From an uncultured Holophagales bacterium (GTDB taxonomy: Bacteria; Acidobacteriota; Thermoanaerobaculia; Multivoradales; UBA5704), in the NCBI GenBank assembly GCA_963842525.1, contig CAWJGT010000001.1:416001-480000 (forward strand): a stretch of 64,000 bases of DNA, in the 5' to 3' direction. Positions within the stretch are counted from its first letter, which is position 1, and each line of letters begins with the position of its first letter. Below the pieces are notes generated by a model. The model was not told where the DNA came from. It saw only the letters and a list, made by a program, of their open reading frames with translations, and did not search any database. Of this stretch, positions 1-9,339 are shown piece by piece. The position numbers and the translations under genes are program-made.

Positions 1-733
1 GAGGACCTGTACTACCGCCTCGAGGGAATTGTGATCCGCATTCCTCCCCTGCGCGAGCGCCGGGACGACATCCCGTTGATCGCGCGCTACTATCTCGAGC
101 TCCTCAACGAGAGGCATTCGTGCGAATGCCGGTTGGCCGACGGCGCTCTCGCGAAGCTCTCCGGATACCACTGGCCGGGCAATGTGCGCGAAGCTCCAGA
201 ACGCTGTGAGCTATGCATTTTCGAAATGTGGCCGCTCGATGATCTCGGCCGAAGACCTGCCCCCAAAGGTTGCCTCTCGCGATGGGCGGCAGGACCGGCG
301 ATCCACTCTCTCCGATCTCGCGCGGGAGATCGTCACAGATCCTCTCCTCAGCCTGGGTGTGGCCAACATGCTGATCACCCAGGAGGTGTATCGACAGTGC
401 AATGGGAGGTCGGAGGCCGCGTGCAAGGCGCTCGGAATCTCCCCCAACACGCTGAACAAGTACAGGCGCTCGATGGACGAGGTCTCGGAAGCATTGATCG
501 CCGCCGGTTTCGACGAAGAGCGTGCGGCGAGGAGCTTGCCGGACTTCGGCTCCGCCTCCTTCCTGAGACGGCGGCTCCGCGCCTTCCTCTTCGGCCTGAG
601 CGAATCTGCTCTCGTCCGGTACCAGGAGCAGAAGGGTTATTCCCGCCAGTGGCTCGACTATATGAAATGGGTCCAGAGTCTTCCGAGCGAAGACGCCGCC
701 GCTCCTGGGAACGGCCGGGAGCCGGGAGCCTGA
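1..733 (+). CDS. Sigma-54-dependent (NtrC/Fis-type) transcriptional activator, C-terminal part; 5' end outside the window, frameshift near 190
   Basis: EDLYYRL...IPPLRERRDDIP...YHWPGNVRE AAA+ motifs; continues in the 182..733 frame (LQNAV..., HTH AACKALGISPNTLNKY). Confidence 0.85.
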
Positions 734-737
734 GCAG

Positions 738-1866
738 CTACGAGGCGAGTTCCAAAATTCCTAACCTTTCCAGCTCTTCCACCGCGGCCTCGACCTGGGA
801 TTCGACGGGACGGGCCGGAGCTGACAGGAGCTGCTTCCATTCCGCCAGACACTCGCACGTCAATCCGTCCAGGACCCGCGCGTCCTGTGTCAGGTTGAAA
901 TTCTGGATGACCTCCAGGGCGGCCGGAGTGCATCGTTCACAGTTGCTCGGCTCTTTGGTGGATCGCGGATAGACGACGCTGCCCCCGGCGAGCACCTCGC
1001 CGGACGGCTGGAGAGATCGCAGGACTTCGATCAGGCTCCACAACCGTGGTGGCTGGTGGAGGTTCTGCCTCCAGAGGAGATGGGCCAGCGTACCCTCCTG
1101 GACCGTCAGCGGCTCGACAGATACGGCGTCCGTTCCGCAACTGAATGCGAATCGACCGGTATCGATCGCCTCCTGCACGGCGGTCCGCTCGTCCAGAAAA
1201 GGAGGCTTCAAGACGATGTAGGTCGAGCCCGGGCGCCCGTTTCGAGGATGACAAGAAAAATGCGATAGGTCGGCTGCGGCGTCGAGCTTGTTCAGACAGA
1301 GGGCCCTGACATTGGCGTCGACCGAATCGAAGCCCAGCCCAACTACGAGCTCGATCGAGCCGAGATCCTCCCGGGCGGACCGGATCGCATCCAGCCGGAT
1401 CAGCTCGGGGCGGCACTCCACCACCAACCGCTGGACGACCCCACACCGGGCGATCTCCTGAAGGACCTGGGACCGCACCCCGGCATCCAAGCTCCTGATC
1501 GTCGAAGAACGATCCCGCCACGTACAGGCAGAGGACCGGACACTCGCTCCGAGCCACGCGGTCGGAGCTGGGTCCGAAAGCTCGCGAGGGCCACCCCCCA
1601 GCTCAGCTTGCGGTCCCACAGGCCATCCTTGATGAGCCCGCAGTGCGTGCAGGTGTCGGTCGGCCGAAACCGGCGAGCAGCCCCACGTAGGGAGCGCCGC
1701 CGACTTCCCGCTGAGTCACTTCTCCTCGGAAACGGGTTGGAAGAATCGAGAACGTCTCGAGCTGCTGAAAATCCGGGGATGCCGACTTGGGCTCCAGCCG
1801 GACGGCTGTCGCAACCAGCCTGCGGACCCGCCCGAGGAGATCGCGGTTTACGCGCTTGTCAACCAC
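738..1866 (-). CDS. Radical SAM protein of the RaSEA/TIGR01210 (archaeosine biosynthesis) family; several frameshifts
   Basis: Motifs spread over three frames: LPTWGCS...DTCTHCG (~1640-1690), YVAGSFFDDQEL, VECRPE, GLGFDS...CLNK, YIVLKPPFL, QEGTL...PPRLWS, NCERC. Confidence 0.75.
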
Positions 1867-2737
1867 GGGGGAGCCAGTCCCAACTCGACGAGGAAATATT
1901 TCTGCTCCTCCTGAAGACGATCGAAGATCACCTGGAACTTCACCTGACGCTGCGGATCGAAGTCCCTGATGAGGCCCGCGATGTAGCCCATCTCGTCCTC
2001 CAGATAGCCCTTCAGGATCTCGGACCCGCGGTTCATATCGCCGCCGATCTTCTGCAGGAAGATGACGGTGTTGAAATTGGCGATCTCGACGTCCTCGTAA
2101 TAATCCCGGATGTCGTCGAAGACCTCTCGTACCTGATCGATCCGCTTGAACACGGCCATCTCTTGTCGATATCCCGGGATCTCGAAGAGACGCAGGAGCA
2201 GCCGGCGCAGCATTCGAGGTCGGCCGATTTGAGCCCCAGGATCGAGAGGATCTCTTCCTTGGAATACTGTCCTTGCCCCGGAGACTCCCGCCGCTCCTTT
2301 TGCAGGTAGGTGACGACCTGGCTCACGCAACGGTGGATCTCAGGGTCGAGGAGATCGTGGTCCTCCAGAAAGCTGATGATCCTCTGGCCCACCCGGTCGA
2401 GGTCCGGTCCATTCGCAGGAGTGGGGCCGAGGCTCTCCTGCTCGACGTTGATGTCCATCTCGTACACGATCGTCTGCACGTAGGTCAGCCAGGTGAGCGC
2501 ACGCAGGAAGCGGTCGAGCTGGACCTCGTGGAAGTCGATGGCAAATTCCTTCATATCGAAGGCGAAGGTGTGGAAGATCTTGCGCAGGACGTAGAAGTGT
2601 TCCCGCAGGAAGGCGTCGTGGTACTGCTGAAACGACTCGGACGGGCTCTCGGGAGCCTCGGTGAGATACGGAAAAGACTCCGCCTTGCGGTCGATGAGGG
2701 TCGCCTCTCCCTTGCCGAAGATCTCCTTGTCGATCAT
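1848..2737 (-). CDS. Helical protein resembling class I isoprenoid/terpene synthase fold; frameshift near 2215
   Basis: ORFs 2033..2737 and 1848..2330 join; KSAD motif followed by Asp-rich DDIRDYYED...NFN; start overlaps ATPase stop. Confidence 0.45.
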
Positions 2738-3545
2738 GGCTCGGTTCTCTCTCCCTGTCCTGCATCACGGATCATCCCGGCGATCTCGATCTCCAGCTTG
2801 ACGAACTCGGGGAGAGTCTTGGAGGCGAGCTTCCTCGGGCGGCCGAATGGCACGATGATTTGGTTCTTGAGGCGGCTTGGACGGGCGGTGGAGACGTAGA
2901 TCCGGTCGGCGAGGAAGAGCGCTTCCTCGATGTCGTGTGTCACGAAGATCACCGTGACGCGCATTCTCGCTCCAGACGTTCAACAGGAGCTCCTGCATGC
3001 GCCAGCACGTGTCCGCGTCGAGGGCGCCGAAAGGCTCATCCATGAGAAGGACTTCCGGTTGGTTAGCCATGGTCCTGGCAATGGCGACGCGCTGCTTCAT
3101 CCCCCCGGAGAGCTCTTTGGGGTACTTGTTCGAAAGGCGAGGAGGCCTGTGGCGCGAAGATAGCGCTCCACGGTCTCTCTGCGCTTTTCCTCGGGCTCTT
3201 CCCGGAGGCGCAGACCGAATTCAATGTTCTTCTCGACGGTGAGCCAGGGGAACGAAGTGTAGGATTGAAAGACCATGCCGCGATCGCGCCCTGGAGCGTC
3301 GACCCGGATGGCGTCGATGTAGACGTTGCCGCTCGTCGAGTTCCTCGAGCCCAGCTACGATGCGAAGGAGCGTGCTCTTGCCGCAGCCGGAAGGGCCAAG
3401 GATGACGAGGAACTCACCTTCCCGGACGACGAAATCGGCGTTCTCCACGGCGGCGACCGACTGGCCGTTGGGTCTGACGTACGTCTTAGTGACGTTGGTC
3501 GACCTTGATTTTGATCTCTTCGTGGATGTTCAAGGGATGGCTCAT
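2734..3545 (-). CDS. NitT/TauT family ABC transporter ATP-binding protein; multiple frameshifts
   Basis: Walker A GPSGCGKS, signature (LSGG)MKQRVAIAR, Walker [21 protein letters not shown] in successive frames. Confidence 0.9.
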
Positions 3546-4763
3546 TCCTTCCACGGCGAGACGAGCCGGGTCAGGATTCGGAAGCCGAGATCGGTGAGCA
3601 CACCTATGATCCCGATGACAAGGATACCCGCGATCACCACGCCTGTCTGAAGGAATCTCTGCGCCTCGATGATGCGGAACCCGATCCCGACCTGGGCCGC
3701 CACGAGTTCCGCGGCAATAAGATAGGTCCAAGCGGCGCCGATCATGGCGCGCAGACTTTCGAGAATCCCGGGGAGCGCCGCCGGCGTGACCACTCGGAAG
3801 AGCACCTGCCTGCGGGTTGCCCCGAGTGTGTATGCCGTCTCGATGAGCTCGCTGCGTACCTCCGCGGCGCAGGCGGCAATGAGGACGAGCAGATAGAAGA
3901 ACACGCCCAGGAAGATGATGGCGATTTTTTGCGAGTGGCCGATCCCAAGCCAGAGGATGATGAGGGGAATGAAAGCCGACGCCGGCATGTAGCGAAGGAA
4001 GGCACAAAAAGGGTTCACGAAAGCCTCGATGGGTCCGAAGCTTCCCATGAGGATTCCCAGGGGAATGGCGACGGCTGACGCCAGCGCGAACGCGGTCATG
4101 ACTCGGAAGATGCTGGCACCGATATCGCTCCAGAACCTCGGTTCGGTGAGGAGGTCTGCCAGGACGTATAAGACGTCCTGTGGAGAAGGCAGGAAGATCT
4201 GGTTGATCATCCCAAATTCGGTCAGAGCCCACCAGAGGAACAGGGGGAGAGCGAAGGCCAGTGTACCCAGCAGGGACCCTTCTTCCGCGGGAGAGCCGGT
4301 GTCTAAACTCGAAGGTCGACGGTCCAAAGGACCGGGGCTGAAGGCAGCGGACGAGGCGTTCCACCTTCTCCTTGGAGGCGGGCTTGGTAATCCATCCCGC
4401 CATGCCGATCTCGCCGGAGCGCTCCAGCACGTCGTAAGTGTTCCCGTTCATTCCCCACCCATGCCCCGTGATCGGAACGGACTTCGTGGAGGGGCAGATC
4501 TTCCTGATCTCCTCCATGAGGCCCAACCCTGCCAGGGGCGTCGGGGTGGGATCGGACCGGTCGACGGGGAGGGCCATGTCGACGACCGCCGCCAGCGGAG
4601 CCGGGCGGCCCTTTTCGGTGGCCGCTAGCAGATAGTCGAGAGCGGACTCGCAGTCATAGACGCGAACGGGGCGCAGGCCGGCCTTCTCGAAAAGGCTCTC
4701 GAGGTCGAGGGTCCGGTCGTCGTCGACGATCAAGACTTCCTGCGATTTTCTCCGCAATCCCAT
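3542..4763 (-). CDS. NitT/TauT ABC permease with N-terminal response-regulator receiver domain (fusion broken by a 1-nt frameshift near 4273)
   Basis: REC motifs LIVDDD, VVDM, ITG, KP in 4763 frame; permease with EAA-like loop ELIETAYTLGA in 3542..4327; removing one C of GTCCCTG gives ...HRLSRGRRVLLGTLAF. Confidence 0.7.
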
Positions 4764-4798
4764 CGGCTCTCCTCCCTAGGCGAGATGCGAGCTCTGGA

Positions 4799-5803
4799 TC
4801 ACTGAGGTTTCTGGCTCTCCGCCAAGAGGCTCGTGTCCACGAACTCCTCCGGGGCTACGGCAGTCTTCACCAGTCCTTCGGTTGTCCAGACCTTGCCGGC
4901 CGCGGTGAACACGCGCGCAAATTCACTCGGAGAACCTCCTACCCCGAAGTACTTCGTATTCTCCGGATAGTCCGCCAAGCGAATGCCGCCGAGGATGGCG
5001 TTCCAGTCGGCAAGAGGAAGGTTCAGGTTCTTTGCCATCAACTTGTTGGACTCGTCAGGATGCTCTTTCATATAGTCGAGAGCGGCAAACCACCCACGGA
5101 TGAATTTCTTGAAGTCTTCACGGCGGGTCTGGAGGGCCCTCTTGTTCGCCACCACGATGTCGGAGATCAGACCGGGAGCCATCTCCTTGGTCGTGAGCAG
5201 CACGTGCCCTCCCTCCCTCTCCGCCGCCTTGCTGAGCCAGGGCTCCCAGGTGACGGCCGCGTCCACTTTTCCGGCCACGAAAGCGGCTCCGGCCTCCCCC
5301 GCTTCCATGTAGTTGACTTGGAGGTCGCCGCTCTTGAGCCCGTTCTTTTCCAGGGCGTCGAGGAGGAGGAAATGGGAAGGCATGCCCTGGGGAAAGGCCA
5401 CCGACCTGCCCTTGAGGTCGGCAACGGTCTTGATGTCCTTGGCGGCGATGATCCCATCTCCCCCGAAGGAATCGTCGGTCTTCAGAATGGCGATCGCCGG
5501 AAGGCCGGCGGCGGCGGCATTGGCGAAATCGTCCACGGTCGCTGCCATCGCCTGAATCGAGCCCTGAGCAAGGGCGGCCCGGCGCCCCGCAGCATCGTCG
5601 AGGATCTGGATGTCGACCTGGAGACCATCGAACAGGCCCTTGTCGCGGGCGAGGAAGAATGGACCAGAGCCGACCCAGGTGACGACTCCGATGGTGAGCG
5701 GCTCCGGGTTCGGTTTGTCAGGTGTGGTGCAAGCGGCCAACCCGAGGAGACAAAGCAGGACGAGTGCTACCGAGGCGACGGCAAAAGTCATTACGCGTTT
5801 CAT
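4799..5803 (-). CDS. NitT/TauT (SsuA/THI5-like) ABC substrate-binding lipoprotein
   Basis: Lipobox LAAC; WVGSGPFFLA, GGDGIIA, VDAAVTWEPW motifs. Confidence 0.9.
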   Translation of the reverse strand: MKRVMTFAVASVALVLLCLLGLAACTTPDKPNPEPLTIGVVTWVGSGPFFLARDKGLFDGLQVDIQILDDAAGRRAALAQGSIQAMAATVDDFANAAAAGLPAIAILKTDDSFGGDGIIAAKDIKTVADLKGRSVAFPQGMPSHFLLLDALEKNGLKSGDLQVNYMEAGEAGAAFVAGKVDAAVTWEPWLSKAAEREGGHVLLTTKEMAPGLISDIVVANKRALQTRREDFKKFIRGWFAALDYMKEHPDESNKLMAKNLNLPLADWNAILGGIRLADYPENTKYFGVGGSPSEFARVFTAAGKVWTTEGLVKTAVAPEEFVDTSLLAESQKPQ

Positions 5804-5983
5804 TGCATCCTCCCGGACAGTGTGCGTTCACGTCGTGGAGCTCGCTCTCTCGGAGTACTGCTGCCGTCGCCTGGAGCAAAGCAGGTGCCATGCCCGTCCT
5901 GGGGCCATTCTCGTAGGGAGACGGGGCCCCCGGTGACGCTTTCATCTACAGATTTTGATCCAGGCACTACAGAATCTGAGCCG

Positions 5984-6316
5984 CTACTCCTCCCACTCGA
6001 AGGCCTCGAAACCCTTCTCGTCCTCCCCGTCGGCCGGAAGCTTCACCTGCCAAGTCACCCGATAGAGCGGTTCAACCCGGAGGCGCTCCACGACGACCAG
6101 CTTGACCTCCCGAGCCGAGGGCGCCTCGGAGGCCCGACGCCCGAGGGCGAGAAAACCTTCCAGGTCGAATGGCTCCTTCGCACTCTGGCCGCCGTGTTCC
6201 ACATAGATAAGGACAGGGTCCGGCGAGAGCCAGCGCCCTTCGAGGGAGCGCAGGGCCTGCCAGAGGCCGGGGCCGGCGGCGGTGAGCTCTCCTTCCTTTC
6301 TTTGCTCACCTCGAAG
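5984..6316 (-). pseudogene. Orphan diverged duplicate of the 3' end of the 8116..9253 lipoprotein gene
   Basis: Aligns with 8116..8446; encodes GPGLWQALRSLEGRWLSPDPVLIY...EPFDLEGFLALGRRASEAPS; no 5' part. Confidence 0.85.
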
Positions 6317-6450
6317 CTCCTGACACCCGCCCTCGGAGAAAGTCCAGTGCTTCCGGAATCTGAGGCCGGCTCGTGCTCGAGGGTATGAGGCCAGGTGAAG
6401 CCCAGAACGTCGGGTTCGAGAGCGCCCGTATGGTTGTATGTATCAGCGCT

Positions 6451-6505
6451 AGGACCTCGCGCCGATGCTTGACCCGATAGACAGTCACGGCACGGGCCTC
6501 TCCGA
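6451..6505 (-). pseudogene. RelE/ParE toxin C-terminal remnant
   Basis: EARAVTVYRVKHRREV resembles the RelE C-terminus. Confidence 0.5.
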
Positions 6506-6531
6506 GGAATCGCATGCGCTCGACGAGAAGG

Positions 6532-6661
6532 TTGGAGACGGCTCTACCTGGATACGGAAACAGGGGAGCCCCACATCTACAGGCATGGCGTGACGGAGCA
6601 AGAGGTTGATCTGGCTGGTAAGGCCTTGGCTGCCTACCGGCGACGTAGGAGGCATCGATGA
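6532..6661 (+). pseudogene. Internally deleted toxin remnant (BrnT/DUF4258-like)
   Basis: YLDTETGEPHIYRHGVTEQEV then GKALAAYRRRRRHR*; stop overlaps the next ATG. Confidence 0.5.
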
Positions 6662-6888
6662 AGACCAATGACTTTCCCGCTGGCTGGGATGAACAGCGCA
6701 TCCGGGAGCTGACTCAATACTACGAGAGCCAGACGGACGAGGAGGCCGCCGTCGAGCATGAGGCCGCCCTGTCCAGCCAGACCGGGACGCTCATGGAGGT
6801 TCCAACCGAGTTGGTACCACTCGTTCGGGACCTCATCGCCAGACACCGGCGAGTGCGCGAGAAACGGCCGCCAGCTTCGAATCGCTGA
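6658..6888 (+). CDS. Small putative antitoxin (76 aa)
   Basis: FPAGWDEQRIREL...YYESQTDEEAAVE...MEVPTELVPLVRDLIA; GGAGG RBS; follows toxin remnant. Confidence 0.6.
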   Translation: MKTNDFPAGWDEQRIRELTQYYESQTDEEAAVEHEAALSSQTGTLMEVPTELVPLVRDLIARHRRVREKRPPASNR

Positions 6889-6984
6889 AGCTCCCGATAG
6901 GCGCCCCAGAGGTGCCAGGCGTTTCCTCGGCACACCTGGCCATCCGAGGGACTCCGGCGGCCTCCGAAGACCTCGCGCTCAGGC

Positions 6985-7311
6985 TCAGCGGCGGTGTCGC
7001 AGCTCCTCCTCGATTCGTTCTGCAAGAAAGATCTTCAGGAGAGACTGGTAAGGGACATCCCGTTTGTTGGCAAGCATCTTCAAGCTCTCGAGCAGCGACT
7101 CCGGAAGGCGCAGAGAGATCGTCCGGGTTGACGGCTTGAGCCGGGAGAAGACAACGGGCCTGGCGCGGCTCCAGTCGACATGCTCAGTCGAATCGTGGGT
7201 CGCCCAGAACTCCCGCTCTTCGTCCTCCGTCTCAACTTCGGGATCGGCTTCAAACTCCTGCGCTCTGCCGCCATCCCACTCGAATTCCGTGGCCTCGGCC
7301 CCGTCACCCAT
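6985..7311 (-). CDS. BrnA/CopG-type antitoxin preceded by a fused BrnT N-terminal remnant
   Basis: EEREFWATHDST...ISLRLP...KMLANKRDVPYQSLLK; N-terminal EFEWD resembles BrnT start. Confidence 0.8.
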   Translation of the reverse strand: MGDGAEATEFEWDGGRAQEFEADPEVETEDEEREFWATHDSTEHVDWSRARPVVFSRLKPSTRTISLRLPESLLESLKMLANKRDVPYQSLLKIFLAERIEEELRHRR

Positions 7312-7484
7312 GGCACCTCCTCACCTAGCATACGATGGTTATATACAGAGTCAAGGCAGAGTTGCAGAGCCATCCGAGCGCTTACGATACGAGCTTGGGA
7401 AGGAGGGCTCGGATGACCCAACAGGAGCTCGAGGCCGAGGAGCAGCTTCGGCAGGTGGCTTGGCAAGTCCTGATGATGCGCGAG

Positions 7485-7590
7485 TGCCTCGGAGCTTCTT
7501 GGAGTCGGATGGGCGCGGCTCCTGTGCGAGCCGGTCGATGTGCTGGCCGACGAGCCGCGCGTAGTCTTTGGGCAGAGCGCCTGCGCAGCT
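7485..7590 (-). pseudogene. RelE/ParE toxin N-terminal remnant
   Basis: ALPKDYARLVGQHIDRLAQEPRPSDSKKLRG. Confidence 0.6.
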
Positions 7591-7746
7591 CCTCTCGTCC
7601 TCCCCCGGCTTCACTTGGTTCCGCGGAGGGCCGTGCTATCCTGTGGTCGTCGGCAAGAGGGAATGGGAGGCTCGCTTTCTCCTTCCTTTTGCTGGCGATG
7701 CACGATAGGATTCTCTGCAGGAACGACTCCGAACGGGAGCACGCCA

Positions 7747-8115
7747 TGAGCCAGCCAGCCGTTGCGGCGCTTGCGCCTCTGCCCTTCGAGCTCGTCTACA
7801 GCGACGGGATACCCTTGGAGACCGAGTGGCACGCCACGCAGTTCCCCTTCCTCATAGAAGTGATCTGCCAGGCCATGGCAGAGCAGGGGAGGACCGACTT
7901 TTACGTCAGCGGGGACATGTTCGTGTACTACTCGGTGGAGCAGGCCTGGGCCGTCAAGAAGGGGCGGCGCTACTTCCGCGGCCCGGACGTCTTCTGGGTG
8001 GGCGGCGTCGACCGTCATCTGCGCAAGGCATGGGTGTCGTGGGAGGAGGGCGGCCGGCTTCCGGACGTCATCATCGAGCTGCTATCCCCTTCGACCGAGG
8101 AGGGGCGGGGCTTCT
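7747..8115 (+). pseudogene. Uma2 family PD-(D/E)XK endonuclease, 3'-truncated
   Basis: YSDGIPLETEWH, FRGPDVFWV, PDVIIELLSPST; breaks off before the usual C-terminal half. Confidence 0.8.
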
Positions 8116-9253
8116 CTATCCTTCCCAGTCAAAGCTCTCGAAGTCCTGATCCTCCCCGTCGGCCGGCGGCTTCACCCGGAAGGTGACCCGGTACATCGGC
8201 TCCACGCGCAGGTGCTCCTCGATGGCCAGCCTCACTTCCCGGTCCGAGGGCGCCTCGGAAGCCCGGCGCCCCAGGGCAAGGAAACCCTCCAGGTCGAAAG
8301 GCTCCTTCGCGCTCTGGCCGCCGTGGGCTACATAAATAAGGACGGGGTCCGGCGAGAGCCAGCGGCCTTGCAGGGAGCGCAGAGCCTGCCAGAGGCCGGG
8401 GCCGACGGCGGTCAGCTCTCCTTCCTTGTCTTTGCTCACCTCGAAGTCCTCCGGCGACTCCAGCGGAGCGTCCGGGAGGCGGATGGTCAGCGTGGCGGGG
8501 AAGGGGTCGTAGACGAGGTGCGAGATCTCGTCCGGCGAGTGGTCCGAGCCCTTGGGGACCAGGAGGACGTCCCAGACCTTCTCCATGGCGTCTTTCAGTC
8601 TGTTCACCCGCTCCTGCTCCTGATCGAACGGTCGCCGAGGCTCTCCCGCTCGTCGTCCGGCAACAGGTCCTTGAAGAGGGCGCCGAAGCACTCGCGGGCC
8701 CGGTCGGGCCGGTCGTCGAGGTAGCGGTAGAGGTCCTCTCCCGCGGCCAGGTAGTCGGATACGCGGCCGGTCCATTCGTCCAGGGTGCGCTGCATGTCCT
8801 GCCGTTGCCGCCGCGAGGCTCGGGACGGCGATCCGGGCGTCAGGACCAGCTCGGCGATGTCGCCGCGGATCTCGTAGGTGACGTTCAAGGAGGTGTCGTT
8901 GAAGAAGCGCCGGAGGCTCTCGGGCTCCACCAGGGCGGAGCGGGTCCCCTTGTGCAGCTCGCCCAGGCGCTTTTCCCAGGAGAACCGCTCGGCCGCGGGC
9001 TCCATGGTGGCGAAGCGCTGGCTCCAGGGGTCCCAACCCTCCAGCACGGCCTGCCGGGTCTGGGCGATCCGCCGCTCCAGGGCCGGGTTTTTCTCCGTCT
9101 CCCGCGCCGTGATCTCGACCGTGCTGGTCAGGAGCACCGCGCCGTTGGGCAGGAACCGGACCGCAGCGTTTCGGTGACCGGCGGCTCGAAGCAGGCAACG
9201 AGAACCAGAGCGACGGCCAGCGGGGCCAGGAAGCGCAGATGACGGGGGAGCAT
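8116..9253 (-). CDS. Hypothetical lipoprotein; frameshifts near 9165 and 8615
   Basis: MLPRHLRFLAPLAVALVLVAC lipobox; continues through ORF 8604..9137 and the C-terminal frame of 8116..10680. Confidence 0.65.
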
Positions 9254-9269
9254 GGCGGGATTATAGGAG

Positions 9270-9294
9270 CCTCACCCCCTGGCCCCCTCTCCCA
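9270..9294 (+). repeat. Half copy of REP-like element (family A)
   Basis: CCTCACCCCCTGGCCCCCTCTCCCA matches 46040 and 48731 copies. Confidence 0.7.
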
Positions 9295-9339
9295 TCGCCC
9301 CACCTTCCACCTCTCCGCGCCTATCCACGCCGCTTCGGC

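Noticed and set aside
5984-8446. Possible diversity-generating retroelement TR/VR pair
   Set aside because: No reverse transcriptase in the window, and differences are not adenine-specific but mostly synonymous or conservative.
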